From Kofleriaceae bacterium (lineage in GTDB: Bacteria > Myxococcota_A > Polyangia > Haliangiales > Haliangiaceae), in contig CBDCCZ010000054.1 in NCBI GenBank assembly GCA_965215005.1, positions 32,001 to 96,000 on the forward strand: a stretch of DNA of 64,000 nt. The letters are read 5' to 3'. Position numbers and translations under genes: made by a program. Each line of letters opens with the position of its first letter. Position 1 is the first letter of the stretch. The notes beneath the pieces were generated by a model. It was not told the DNA's origin. It was given only the letters and a program-made list of their open reading frames with translations, and ran no database searches. Below, piece after piece: positions 41,375 to 51,782 of the stretch.

Positions 41375-42544
41375 ATGGCCTTTCGCGGAATTGACTACTA
41401 CGACCTCGATCCTCTCCTGCACGACGAGGAGCGCATGGCGCGCGATACCGTGCGTGCGTTCGTGTCGGAGAAAATCCTGCCGACCATCGGCAAGCACTTT
41501 TCTGCTGGCACCTTTCCTCACGAGCTCATCCCACGCTTTGGCGAGCTGGGACTCCTGGGCGCCTCGCTCGAGGGCTACGGTTGCCCCGGCAGCGGGCCGA
41601 TGATTTACGGCCTCATTTGCCAGGAGCTCGAACGCGGCGACAGTGGCGTTCGCTCGTTCTGCTCGGTGCAAAGCTCGCTAGTCATGTACCCGATCTGGGC
41701 CTACGGCTCGGAGGAGCAGAAACGCAAGTATCTGCCCAAAATGGCCGCTGGCGAGCTAATCGGCTGCTTTGGCCTTACCGAGCCCGACTTCGGCTCCAAC
41801 CCATCCGGAATGTTGACCACGGCCAAAAAAACCGCCACCGGCTATCGTCTCAACGGCGCCAAGCGTTGGATTACCAACGGCAGCATCGCCCAGGTGGCGC
41901 TGGTGTGGGCGCGGCTCGATGGTGGCAAGGTGCGCGGCTTCCTCGTCCCGACCGAAGCGGCCGGATTTTCGGCTCGAGACATTCACGGCAAGTGGTCGCT
42001 GCGCGCTTCCATCACCAGTGAGTTGATCTTGCAAGACTGCGACGTCGACGAAGACGCCATCTTGCCCGGCGTGGAAGGGCTTCGAGGGCCGCTGTCTTGC
42101 CTCAATCAAGCTCGATTCGGCATCTGCTTTGGAGCGGTCGGGGCGATGCAGGCGTGCTACGACGAAGCGCTCTCGTACGCCCGCGATCGGGTGCAGTTCT
42201 CGCGTCCCATCGCGGGATATCAGCTGGTGCAGCAAAAACTCGTCGACATGGTCACTGAGATCACCAAAGCACAGCTTCTGTGCCTGCAGCTCGGTCGGCT
42301 CAAGGAGAGCGGCGCGCTTCGCCCGCAGCAGGTTTCACTCGCAAAGCGCAACAACGTCTATTGGGCGCGCGAGCTGGCGCGAGCCGGTCGTGACATTCTC
42401 GGCGCAAACGGCGTCACCGATGACTACCAATGCGGCCGGCACATGCTCAATCTCGAGTCCGTGTACACCTACGAGGGCACGCACGACATCCACACGTTGA
42501 TCGTCGGGCAAGACGTCACCGGATTGGCTGCATTCGATACGTGA
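41375..42544 (+). CDS. gcdH: Glutaryl-CoA dehydrogenase-type acyl-CoA dehydrogenase
   Basis: CFGLTEPDFGSNP, WITNG, SLRASIT, TYEGTHDIH. Confidence 0.88.
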   Translation: MAFRGIDYYDLDPLLHDEERMARDTVRAFVSEKILPTIGKHFSAGTFPHELIPRFGELGLLGASLEGYGCPGSGPMIYGLICQELERGDSGVRSFCSVQSSLVMYPIWAYGSEEQKRKYLPKMAAGELIGCFGLTEPDFGSNPSGMLTTAKKTATGYRLNGAKRWITNGSIAQVALVWARLDGGKVRGFLVPTEAAGFSARDIHGKWSLRASITSELILQDCDVDEDAILPGVEGLRGPLSCLNQARFGICFGAVGAMQACYDEALSYARDRVQFSRPIAGYQLVQQKLVDMVTEITKAQLLCLQLGRLKESGALRPQQVSLAKRNNVYWARELARAGRDILGANGVTDDYQCGRHMLNLESVYTYEGTHDIHTLIVGQDVTGLAAFDT

Positions 42545-43299
42545 AGAACATCCTCATCATCTCGGGGCTCGATCCCAGCGGCGGAGCCGGATTTCTGGCT
42601 GACGCCCGCGTGGTGTTCGAGCACGGGTATCGCGCCGTGGGTGTGGTTACCGCGCTCACCGAGCAAACCACGAGCGGCGTGAGCGGCGTGACCACCAGCA
42701 GCATGGAGGTAGTCGCCGCCCAGCTTCGGGCGCTGCTAACCGATATCGAGGTGGCGGCTGTGAAAATCGGCATGCTCGGCAGCGCCGCCATGGCGCACGC
42801 CGTCGGTGAAGCGCTTGCTCTCACCTGGGCGCCGGTGGTTTGGGACCCGGTGCTGTTGCCCAGCCGCGGCCGCCTGCCGCTGTTCGTCGGCAATCCTGCG
42901 GTCGCGGTCGCCGCGCTGCGCGACCACGTCACGTTGCTCACGCCCAACATCTCCGAGGCCGTCGCTCTGGGCGAGCGAGATGAGCCGCACGCGGCGGCCC
43001 AGCGGCTGCGAGATATCGGTTTTGAGGCGGTGCTTCTCAAAGGAGGACATCGCCTCGGTGAGGAGGAGGTGGTCGACGTGCTGCTGCGAGCTGGCGAGCC
43101 AGATTTCGAGCTGCGAGGTCCGCGTATTGCGGGGGCCACGGAGATCCACGGCACCGGCTGCGCGCTCGCCACCGCGATCGCGTGTCGCTTGGCCGACTCG
43201 GTGCCACTACCGGCGGCATGTGAGGCAGGTCGAAGCTTCGTCGCGGAGCGGCTGCAGCGGCCACAGACGCCGGGACGTGGAGCGGCAGCCCTGCTATGA
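42541..43299 (+). CDS. thiD: Hydroxymethylpyrimidine/phosphomethylpyrimidine kinase
   Basis: GLDPSGGAG, VKIGML, DPV, TPN, KGGH, HGTGC. GTGA overlap with gcdH. Confidence 0.9.
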   Translation: MKNILIISGLDPSGGAGFLADARVVFEHGYRAVGVVTALTEQTTSGVSGVTTSSMEVVAAQLRALLTDIEVAAVKIGMLGSAAMAHAVGEALALTWAPVVWDPVLLPSRGRLPLFVGNPAVAVAALRDHVTLLTPNISEAVALGERDEPHAAAQRLRDIGFEAVLLKGGHRLGEEEVVDVLLRAGEPDFELRGPRIAGATEIHGTGCALATAIACRLADSVPLPAACEAGRSFVAERLQRPQTPGRGAAALL

Positions 43300-44294
43300 G
43301 CTCGAGCAACAAAGGCGCTGGTGGTGCACAAGAAGACATTTCCGGCACTTCGTCGCGGCGGGTCTTCCTCACCGGTGGCACCGGCTTCATCGGCTCTGCA
43401 CTGGTCCGGGCGCTCGGCGCACGCGGCGACGTGCCGGTGGTGCTCACCCGCAGCCCCGACAAAGCGCGCCAGCGGCTCGAGGCTGATACCGTCATCGTTT
43501 CCGGCGATCCCGAGCTCGGCGGCGATTGGCAATCGGAGCTGTGCGGTGCCAACGCCGTGGTGCATCTTGCTGGCGAGTCGGTGGCGAGCAAGCGCTGGAG
43601 TGCGCGACAAAAGCAGATCATCCGGGATAGCCGCGTCGAGAGCACGCGCAATCTGGTCGAAGCTCTCGCGGCGTGTCCGGCAGAGGAGCGCCCGGCCGTG
43701 CTGGTGAGCGCCTCTGGGGTCGACTATTATCCGTTTTCCCACGAGCTCGGGCTCGGGGATGACGATGCGATCACCGAGTCGGATCCGCCGGGGGACTCGT
43801 TCTTGGCGCGGGTGTGCCGCGCATGGGAGCAAGAGGCGCGGGGCGCGGAGGCGCATGGAACACGCGTGGTGCGGATGCGAACCGGCCTCGTCGTCGGTCC
43901 GGGCGGGGCGCTCGACAAGATGACGACGCCGTTCAAAGCCTTCATCGGCGGCCCGGTCGGGAGCGGCGCGCAATGGATGAGCTGGATCCACCTTGACGAC
44001 GTGGTGCGCGCGTATCTACGGGCCATCGACGACGCCACGCTGACCGGCGCAGTCAACTTGGTGGCGCCGCAACCGGTGCGCGCCAAGCGGTTCTTCAACG
44101 CGCTGGGGACTGCCATGCAGCGGCCGTCGTGGCTGCCGGTCCCGGCGTTTGCTGTGCGTCTGGCGCTTGGGGAGTTTGCCGAGCACGTGCTCCACGGTCG
44201 CCGTGCCGTGCCGCAAGCGCTGCTCGCCGCAGGGTTCGAGTTTTGCTACCCCGAGGTAGCGCCGGCGTTAGAAAACGCGATCCAGAACGACTGA
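43296..44294 (+). CDS. TIGR01777 (YfcH-like) NAD-dependent epimerase
   Basis: TGGTGFIG, HLAGE, SRV, GSGAQWMSWIHLDD, RPSWLPVP. Confidence 0.9.
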   Translation: MSSSNKGAGGAQEDISGTSSRRVFLTGGTGFIGSALVRALGARGDVPVVLTRSPDKARQRLEADTVIVSGDPELGGDWQSELCGANAVVHLAGESVASKRWSARQKQIIRDSRVESTRNLVEALAACPAEERPAVLVSASGVDYYPFSHELGLGDDDAITESDPPGDSFLARVCRAWEQEARGAEAHGTRVVRMRTGLVVGPGGALDKMTTPFKAFIGGPVGSGAQWMSWIHLDDVVRAYLRAIDDATLTGAVNLVAPQPVRAKRFFNALGTAMQRPSWLPVPAFAVRLALGEFAEHVLHGRRAVPQALLAAGFEFCYPEVAPALENAIQND

Positions 44295-44333
44295 GGCAGC
44301 CATCGCGAGCATATTCGCGCGCCGCGTCTCCGC

Positions 44334-45935
44334 TCAGCGTGCCGGCGCAAGCTCATACTTTTGCACCAGGCGGATGAGGTTGCGGCGAGAGATCTTGAGC
44401 TCGGCCGAGGCTCGGGTCTTGTTCCACTTGTTGCGCTCGAGAGCCTCGAAGATCATCCGCCGTTCGAGACCTTTCACCGCCTCGGGAAGCGAGTCTGAGC
44501 GAATCAGGGCGCTGCTACTATCGCCCCGTTGGCGCTGCTCGCGAATTCGCATCGACAGCAGCGACGGACCGATGGTCGCCTCGTCGCCCGATAGCACCAC
44601 GAGTCGCTCGACCTCGTTCTCGAGCTCACGGACGTTGCCCGGCCACCCATACGACAACAGCAGCTGCTTACACTCGGTTGAGAGGCGCTTGCTCTTGCCA
44701 TGACGAGCATGCTTCTCGAGAAAGTGCTCGAACAAGATCTCGATATCCTCGCGGCGCTCACGCAGCGGAGGAATCAACAGGTTGATTACGTTGATGCGGT
44801 AGTAGAGATCCTCGCGGAACTCTCCGCGGTCAACCATGCCTTTGAGGTCGCGATTGGTCGCAGCGATGATGCGCACGTCGACCTGGCGCATCTCGGTGTC
44901 GCCCACCGGCGTAAAGGTGCCCTCTTGCAGAACCCGCAATACTTTCACTTGCAAGGCGGGCGACATATCGCCGATCTCATCGAGAAAGAACGTCCCCTGA
45001 TCGGCGACCTCAAAGAGCCCCTGCTTATCGGCGATGGCGCCGGTGAATGCGCCGCGGGTATGCCCAAAGAGCTCCGAATCGAGAAGGTTGTCGTTGAACG
45101 CCGAGCAGTTCGTCACGATGAAACGCCGCGTCTTGCGCGGTGAGTTGAAGTGAATGGCGCGCGCGACCAGCTCTTTACCGGTGCCGTTTTCACCTTGAAT
45201 GAGCACCGTGGAGTCTGAGAGCACCACGCGATCCAAGATGCTGTAGAGGTCTTGCATCGGCCCGGACCTGCCGATGATGGCGTCGTAGCTGTAGCGGGTC
45301 GCGAACTCTTCTTCGAGGCCGGCCGCGCTCTGGCGCACCACCGGTGCGGCGACGTTGGCGACCTCGAGGGCGGCTTCGCGCACCAGCTCGGCCACGTAGG
45401 AGAGATCGCGCTCGTCGAGCCATGGGTGCTCATCGCGTGCGGCTAGATATTCGGCCGGTGCCAGCGCCAACGATGCGGTGCGGTGATCGACCATTGCAAA
45501 GGCGGCGCTGTGGTTGATGCCTCCGGCGACGAAGAAGCCGCCGCACAAGAGCGCGCCGTGCACCCGACCATCGATGACGATCGGCGCTGCCAGCTCGGTG
45601 AGGCCGGCGTGGCAACCTATGCGAATCGGCTCGACGGAGGGCTCGCCGTCGCTGTTGCGGGCAGCCTCGATCAGCCGCCGGATGGTCTCACCCGCACTCG
45701 CCTGGCAGGCGCGCTCGCCCGCTTCGCGGTCGCCGATGACCTGGCACAAACCACGCGGGCCGGCGTGATGGCTGGTTCGAGGCGGGCGCCGCTCACCGCT
45801 GGCTGCATCGACATACCCAAACCCCAAGCGCCAGCGTCGGCTGGCGATCTTCGCCACCTTCTTGACGACATGAAGCTGGAGCAATTCGCTCCATGGAAGG
45901 CCGGATCGCGGAGGCAAGGCTCCAGAGCGTGACAA
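44334..45935 (-). CDS. sigma54 enhancer-binding protein with PocR sensor domain
   Basis: N-terminal C...C...CHAGLTELAAPI...GALLCGG; GENGTGKE, GAFTGA, HTH. TTG start uncertain (45935 or 45917). Confidence 0.85.
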   Translation of the reverse strand: MSRSGALPPRSGLPWSELLQLHVVKKVAKIASRRWRLGFGYVDAASGERRPPRTSHHAGPRGLCQVIGDREAGERACQASAGETIRRLIEAARNSDGEPSVEPIRIGCHAGLTELAAPIVIDGRVHGALLCGGFFVAGGINHSAAFAMVDHRTASLALAPAEYLAARDEHPWLDERDLSYVAELVREAALEVANVAAPVVRQSAAGLEEEFATRYSYDAIIGRSGPMQDLYSILDRVVLSDSTVLIQGENGTGKELVARAIHFNSPRKTRRFIVTNCSAFNDNLLDSELFGHTRGAFTGAIADKQGLFEVADQGTFFLDEIGDMSPALQVKVLRVLQEGTFTPVGDTEMRQVDVRIIAATNRDLKGMVDRGEFREDLYYRINVINLLIPPLRERREDIEILFEHFLEKHARHGKSKRLSTECKQLLLSYGWPGNVRELENEVERLVVLSGDEATIGPSLLSMRIREQRQRGDSSSALIRSDSLPEAVKGLERRMIFEALERNKWNKTRASAELKISRRNLIRLVQKYELAPAR

Positions 45936-46008
45936 GGAGTCACACCAAAAGCAAGCGCCCGGCTGCAATTGCGGCGCGCCGCTCGCGTCCGCGCGAGAGC
46001 GAGCGCGG

Positions 46009-46665
46009 CTACGGCGGTAAGTCGACCGCGTGTCGCAAGGCGGCGCGGTTCTCCGCCCAGGCGGCGTCATCTTCCATGAACGGCACCTCGAGAGTGACAA
46101 CTTCGAGACCGCGGTCCACGCCGTACTTCGAGCCAAGCGAGCCTGGCGTTGCGTAGCCGATGTCGGCGGAGGCGCCGTAGCCGTTGTGTGCGGCCATCTC
46201 TTCGGCGAGCGCTTGGCCGGCGCCGTCCCAGTTGACGGTGCGAAACGGCTGGTGAATCGCCAGGAGCCGCCGTGGAGTAACGCGCTCGATGAGCGCCGTG
46301 AGTGCCTCGACCTCGGGCTCGGACTCCGGCGCAAGGCCTGGCCGATAACCGGCCTTGTGCTGCGCAGTCCAATTGCGCGCGGCGAAGTTGCGGTTCAGGT
46401 CCACGTCGTTGGCGTTGTTCTTGGTGCCTGCAGCGAGGCCATCGCCGTTGAGCGCAAAGATGATCCACGTGTCGCGGCCGGGCGGCCGCTCGATCAGCTC
46501 CTCGGCCAGTCGCAGAAGCAGCACCGCGCCAATGGGCTCATCGCCGTGAATGGCGCCAAACAAGATCGCGGGGTCGCGAGGGCGAGCGTAGCTCGGAGGC
46601 GCAAAGTGCACCGCGGTGATTGGCCGTCCCAGGACCGTGGTGCCGATGTCTAGCTCGCGCCTCAG
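46009..46665 (-). CDS. mpaA: M14 murein-peptide amidase (MpaA-like)
   Basis: GTTVLGRPI, IHGDE, DLNRNF, SEPE, IGYATPGSLG, TLE. Apparent CTG start. Confidence 0.8.
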   Translation of the reverse strand: MRRELDIGTTVLGRPITAVHFAPPSYARPRDPAILFGAIHGDEPIGAVLLLRLAEELIERPPGRDTWIIFALNGDGLAAGTKNNANDVDLNRNFAARNWTAQHKAGYRPGLAPESEPEVEALTALIERVTPRRLLAIHQPFRTVNWDGAGQALAEEMAAHNGYGASADIGYATPGSLGSKYGVDRGLEVVTLEVPFMEDDAAWAENRAALRHAVDLPP

Positions 46666-48200
46666 GCGTGCTCCAGCGTCTTGCCAACGATGGTGGCGCC
46701 GCCGTACGCGGTGAGGCCGAGCCACGCCGCCTGCGCCAGTGGCAGAAGTATCGTGGCGCCGAAGCGCTCGGCGAGCACCGCGCCGGGCGCAGTTGCGAGC
46801 GCGACGTGCAGCACCGCGACCACCAAGCCGAGAAAAATCCACGCCCACGCCAGCGGGACGCCGGCGCCGCTCGATGACGGCGGCATCCACACGAGAAGGG
46901 ACAGCACCGCCAACACCGCGGGCAACAGCCCGAGGAAGGCGTCGAGCTTGTGGCTTCCGGGCGTGGCGCCGAGGGCCTCGATGCGCTCGAGCAGCGAAAC
47001 TCCCCCTTCGGCGGGCAACAGCAGGCCGAGTAACACCAGCACGGCGCCGGCGCTGACGAGCAGCCGCGGCGCGAGATGGTCGCGGTAGACGCTGCGCGCG
47101 ATGAGGCCGATGGTAACCGCCGCCACCCCAAGCACGCCCAGCAGGCTCTGCCACGAGGTGGTTTCCGCGGGTCCGAGATACATCAGCGGGCCCATGGCGA
47201 TGAGCAACGCGATGATCCCGCGCCCGAGCGTCGCCAGCGGCAGCAAGCTGATGACCACCGCGAGCCCCCCCGAGCCCAATAGCAGCAGCGGCAACACCTT
47301 GGCGGGCATCGCTTCGCCGCTGAAGCCGGTGAAGGCAAACTGCACCGTGGGCACGAACGACCATGGCAACACGGCCGTGGCGAGAAGCGTAGCGCCCAGC
47401 GCCAGCATCACGGTGCGCAGCGTTTGCTCCCACGGGTCGATCGGCGCATTCAAGCGCGCCGCAGTCTGCGAGGCCAGATAGGGCGGCTCGCTCGGTGGCA
47501 GCGCTTGCGCCTGGCTATCAGAGTACGAAACCGGCGGCGGCGGCCCATGAGCGCCCGCGTTGGCGGGACTGTAGGCCAAGGTTCCGCCGGTGCCGGCGAT
47601 GATGGTCTGGGTGGTGGGGCCAGCGGGCGCGGCGCTGCTCGCTAGCGGAGGCTGCGCCGGCGGCGGGCCCTGCAGCTCGTGCTGCGCCAGGTGCTGCGAT
47701 GATGCGCCAGGGGAGGCTGCCGCGTCCGGTGCTGGCCCTGTCGGCTGCGCGATGATCGTGCGCTGGCTGGCGGCGCTAGTCGAGGAGACGCCCGGCGGCA
47801 GCGGCGCGACCAACGTCGTCTGCGAAGCTCGCGCGGCGGCATCATCATTAATAGGAGGATGCGCGGCGGCAATTTCGCCCTGCACAGCGGTGGGCGCGGA
47901 GGGGGCAGCCCAGAGGCGGTCCTGGGATTGGTGGGGCGCGTTCGCTGGCGGTCCGTCGGAGGGTTGGCGCCCGGGGCCGTCCGCTGCGTCACGGGAATCG
48001 CTGCTGTCCGCGGCGTCCGTTGCGCGGTTGTCGGCTTCGGCTTCTGGGTTGCGATTCGCCCCGGCCGCCTCCGCGCCACCGATATATCCGAGCATCGTTT
48101 GGCCCAGCGCCGCCACCGGAGCCGGCTGCTTGGTGCCGCAAAACACGCAGTGCAGCGCGGTGTCGGGGAGCTCTTTGGTACAACTTACGCAGGTCTTCAC
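46662..48200 (-). CDS. Zinc-ribbon + Pro/Ala linker + multi-TM membrane protein
   Basis: GTG start, CVSC-x10-CVFCG, about 7-8 hydrophobic helices at the C-terminus. Confidence 0.75.
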   Translation of the reverse strand: MKTCVSCTKELPDTALHCVFCGTKQPAPVAALGQTMLGYIGGAEAAGANRNPEAEADNRATDAADSSDSRDAADGPGRQPSDGPPANAPHQSQDRLWAAPSAPTAVQGEIAAAHPPINDDAAARASQTTLVAPLPPGVSSTSAASQRTIIAQPTGPAPDAAASPGASSQHLAQHELQGPPPAQPPLASSAAPAGPTTQTIIAGTGGTLAYSPANAGAHGPPPPVSYSDSQAQALPPSEPPYLASQTAARLNAPIDPWEQTLRTVMLALGATLLATAVLPWSFVPTVQFAFTGFSGEAMPAKVLPLLLLGSGGLAVVISLLPLATLGRGIIALLIAMGPLMYLGPAETTSWQSLLGVLGVAAVTIGLIARSVYRDHLAPRLLVSAGAVLVLLGLLLPAEGGVSLLERIEALGATPGSHKLDAFLGLLPAVLAVLSLLVWMPPSSSGAGVPLAWAWIFLGLVVAVLHVALATAPGAVLAERFGATILLPLAQAAWLGLTAYGGATIVGKTLEHA

Positions 48201-48293
48201 GATTCGTGCCTCCAGGCTGCGTAAACCCGCTGGAGCAAAGGAAACGTTGGGGCCCCGCACGCGGCCAGGAGTATAGGCGATGCGGCCGCGAAG

Positions 48294-49628
48294 GTGTCAA
48301 TCGGTGCTACCGTGCAAGACGTGGCAACCGTCGGGGAACTAAAGACCCACGCGACGCGACGATTCGCCAATGGCGACGCGGCCAGCGCTCTGCGCCTCTA
48401 CGACGCGGTGGTGGCCGCCGCGCCGCTCGACTACGAAGCGCGTTTGCGCATCGCCGACTGCCTCACCGCGCTTGGTCACAGCGATGCCGCGGCGCCCGTA
48501 TATCGCGCCGTGGCGTGGTATGCGATGAAGTCGGGTCATCCACTGGTTTCCGTGGTGTGCGCGCGGGTGCTCGAGTCGCTGGGCGCCGAGCACGAGGATC
48601 TCGCCACTGCCCTCGTCGTGCAGTACGGCAGCGACTCTGAGCTCATCGGCTCCTTTGCTGCGCGGGTGAGCCTGCCGCCGGCAACGCTCGAGCTGGAGGC
48701 GCCGGAGTTGCGAGCGCCGCCGACAGCAGATTGGCTGGCCGAAGTCGCCGCCCGCGCGGTGCACTGCTGCGACGACTTCGATGCCTTCCCCGAGGTGCTG
48801 CACCCGATTCCGCTGTTGTCCAGCATGTCCGAGGCTGCCTTTCGCCGCGTCCTGGCCACGCTGGTGGTTCGGCGCTTGCCGCACGGCGAGCAGGTGGTGC
48901 GCCAAGGGGATCCTGGCGCGTCGTTCTACTTCGTGGCAACCGGCGAGGTCCGCGTGTGTAGCGCCACCGCCGAGGGCCAACGCGAGCTGGCTCGATTGCA
49001 CGAGAATGCCTTGTTCGGCGAGATGGCGCTGCTCAGCGCGCAGCCGCGCAGCGCTTCGGTAGAGGTGCTGGGGGAGGCCGACCTCCTGGAGGTTACGCGC
49101 GCGTCGCTGGCGGCCCTGGCTGATGAGCTGGCGCCGGTGGCGCAGGCGCTGCACGGCTTCACGCGCGAGCGTCTGATCAAGAATTTGATGGCCCAGAGTC
49201 CTCTGTTCCGGCCATTCGACCGCACGCAGCAGCGCGAGCTCCTCCGCCGCTTTACCAGCCACGACGTCGCCGCCGGCGCCGCCATCATCGGCGAGGGCGA
49301 AGAAGGGCGAGGGCTGTTTTTGGTGCTGTCGGGAGAGGTCGAGGTGACCACCCGCGATGATCAGGGCGAGTCTGTCGCGCTGGCCAAGCTGGGTGCTGGC
49401 GACGTGTTTGGCGAGATATCGCTGTTGCGCGGTGGCGCTACGACCGCCTCGGTCATCGCCGTGCAGCCGACCACGGTGCTTTTTCTGGCTCGCGATTATG
49501 TCGAGCGGATCGTCGCGGGTGTGCCGGAGATCGGCCAGTATCTGGCCGCGTTGGCCGAGGACCGTGCCCTCGACCGCGAGCTTGCGCGGGACCGCGACGA
49601 GGACTCGCAGGTCGTCGTGCTCTTCTAG
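48294..49628 (+). CDS. TPR + two cyclic-nucleotide-binding domains
   Basis: FGEMALL..PRSASV and FGEISLL..ATTASV. Confidence 0.88.
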   Translation: MSIGATVQDVATVGELKTHATRRFANGDAASALRLYDAVVAAAPLDYEARLRIADCLTALGHSDAAAPVYRAVAWYAMKSGHPLVSVVCARVLESLGAEHEDLATALVVQYGSDSELIGSFAARVSLPPATLELEAPELRAPPTADWLAEVAARAVHCCDDFDAFPEVLHPIPLLSSMSEAAFRRVLATLVVRRLPHGEQVVRQGDPGASFYFVATGEVRVCSATAEGQRELARLHENALFGEMALLSAQPRSASVEVLGEADLLEVTRASLAALADELAPVAQALHGFTRERLIKNLMAQSPLFRPFDRTQQRELLRRFTSHDVAAGAAIIGEGEEGRGLFLVLSGEVEVTTRDDQGESVALAKLGAGDVFGEISLLRGGATTASVIAVQPTTVLFLARDYVERIVAGVPEIGQYLAALAEDRALDRELARDRDEDSQVVVLF

Positions 49629-49811
49629 TACGACGGCTTTACAGCGCCCCCTTCGGCGATGGTTGCTTGCTAGCGGTTTGCGACGCGCGCCCAAACCGCT
49701 AGAGGTCGCGTTCGCGGTGCGGGAGCGGCGGACGGGTCACGCCTGCCGATTGGCTGCGCCGGCTGCCTTTGCACGAGCGCCGACTTCATCAACCGGTATA
49801 ATCGAGACCAC

Positions 49812-51653
49812 ATGGACGAACGCAGCACCTCAAAGCGCAAAGGGAGCGGCCTTCTATGGCTGCTCGTGTTGGTCGCGGTCCTACTCGTGTGGTGGTACTG
49901 GCGGCCCGATGCAAATCGCGCGGTCGCTGCCTCCGACGATGCTGCCGACCGCTATGCCGATCCCGACGATATCCTCGTCGATATGGTCGATGACGTCGAT
50001 GCAGACGCCATTGCCGCCATCGAGCGCGAGCTGAATATCGAGCTCGTTCTGGTCTCGGACCAATCCTTCGACGAGCGCTTTTATCGCGCTCACGTCGAGC
50101 CCCAGCGGCGCGACGCGGTGCTCGCCGCGCTCTCCAAGAGCGGGCTGGTCGAGATTGCCGAGCCCGATGCCACGGTCTCGCTCTGGCCTTCGGAGACCTT
50201 TCGTGCACCCGCGGTGCATGATGGTTCTGGCTATCCCAACGATCCCCTCTACAAGCACCAGTGGCACCTCGACCAGATTCGCATGCCCGCGGCGTGGAAG
50301 CTTGCCGATGGCAATGGCGTCATCGTTGCCGTGCTCGATACCGGCGTGGCGTTTCAGACCCGCGAACGGTTCCACCGCGTTGAAGACTTAAACGGTGTCT
50401 CCTTCGTCAAGCCCTTCAACTTCGTCAACAACGATACGTTTGCCGAAGACGACCACGGTCACGGCACCCACGTGGCTGGCACCATTGCGCAGGTCACCAA
50501 CAACGGCATCGGCGTGGCCGGCGTAGCGCGCAACGTGAAAATCATGCCGCTCAAGGTGCTGAGCGGCTCGGGCTCCGGCTCGGTGGGCGGCATCGCCGAT
50601 GCTATCCGCTACGCGGCCGATGAAGGCGCCAAAGTCATCAACATGAGCTTGGGCGGTCGGTTTCCGTCGCGCGTGCTCAAGAAGGCTGTTGAGTACGCCC
50701 ACAGCAAAGGCGTGACGGTGGTGTGCGCGGCCGGCAACGAGAGCCGCGGCAAGGTTGGCTATCCCGCTGCCTATCCCGGGGCAGTGGCGGTGTCGGCCAC
50801 CCAGTTCGACGAAGCCACCACCTTCTACTCCAACTATGGCGTCGATATCGATATCGCAGCGCCCGGTGGCAACACGCGCATCGACCAAAACGGCGACGGC
50901 ATGCCCGATGGCGTCCTGCAGAACACCATTGCCATTCAAGATCCCAGCAAGAGCGACTATTTCGGCTTTATGGGCACCTCGATGGCGTCTCCGCACGCTG
51001 CGGGCGTGGCTGCCTTGGTGGTTGGCGAAGGCATTACCGACCCAGACGCGGTGGAGCGAATCCTCAAGTCTACGGCCCGCAAGCCGGATCGCCAGCGCTG
51101 GGATCCCGAGCGCTACGGCGCGGGCATCATCGACGCCGAGGCGGCGGTGCTGGCTGCACGGTCGAGCCAGGGCGGCTGGCAGCTACTGCTAGGCCTGCTG
51201 CTCGCGGGCGGGGTTGCCTCGTCGGTGCGCCGGCGCGGGCTTGGGGTAAGGCTCGGTCCGAGTTATCTGGGGGGCGTGATGCTCGGCGCGAGCGGGCTGT
51301 TCTTTCTCCCGTGGCTCGCAGCCGGAATGTCGTCGCTGCCCGGGATTGCGATGCTCACGCACGGCCTGCCGTCGTGGGATCTCGCTGTGCTCGGCGGCCA
51401 GGGCCATGGCAACGCGCTGTTCTTTAGCGCCCTGCTGCCACTCGGGCTGTTGGTGCTCGGGGCCGGCGTGTCTCGCTTGCGCGCGCCGCTGGCCGGTCTG
51501 GCCGTGGGCGTCGCCGGGCATCTCGTGTTTCACTTGGCAGCGCGCGTCACGGACATTCAGTACGTGCCCGGCGTGGGCCTGCTCGATGCGCTCTGGCTGG
51601 CGATGAACGCGCTGGTGTGCGTGGGTGCCGCGATGCTGGTGCTGCGCCGCTAG
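49812..51653 (+). CDS. S8 subtilisin-family protease with C-terminal TM domain
   Basis: Catalytic triad VLDTG, HGTHVAGT, GTSMA; hydrophobic C-terminus. Confidence 0.93.
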   Translation: MDERSTSKRKGSGLLWLLVLVAVLLVWWYWRPDANRAVAASDDAADRYADPDDILVDMVDDVDADAIAAIERELNIELVLVSDQSFDERFYRAHVEPQRRDAVLAALSKSGLVEIAEPDATVSLWPSETFRAPAVHDGSGYPNDPLYKHQWHLDQIRMPAAWKLADGNGVIVAVLDTGVAFQTRERFHRVEDLNGVSFVKPFNFVNNDTFAEDDHGHGTHVAGTIAQVTNNGIGVAGVARNVKIMPLKVLSGSGSGSVGGIADAIRYAADEGAKVINMSLGGRFPSRVLKKAVEYAHSKGVTVVCAAGNESRGKVGYPAAYPGAVAVSATQFDEATTFYSNYGVDIDIAAPGGNTRIDQNGDGMPDGVLQNTIAIQDPSKSDYFGFMGTSMASPHAAGVAALVVGEGITDPDAVERILKSTARKPDRQRWDPERYGAGIIDAEAAVLAARSSQGGWQLLLGLLLAGGVASSVRRRGLGVRLGPSYLGGVMLGASGLFFLPWLAAGMSSLPGIAMLTHGLPSWDLAVLGGQGHGNALFFSALLPLGLLVLGAGVSRLRAPLAGLAVGVAGHLVFHLAARVTDIQYVPGVGLLDALWLAMNALVCVGAAMLVLRR

Positions 51654-51782
51654 CTTCCCTTCGCCCATTGCAGTTCACGAGAGCCGCGCGACGATGTCAC
51701 GCGGCTCTTCGTGCGCTCGGGCTCGGCGCTGGGGGCTCACGCTCGCCACCATTGGCGCGTGCTTCGCGGTACCGTGCCGCTC

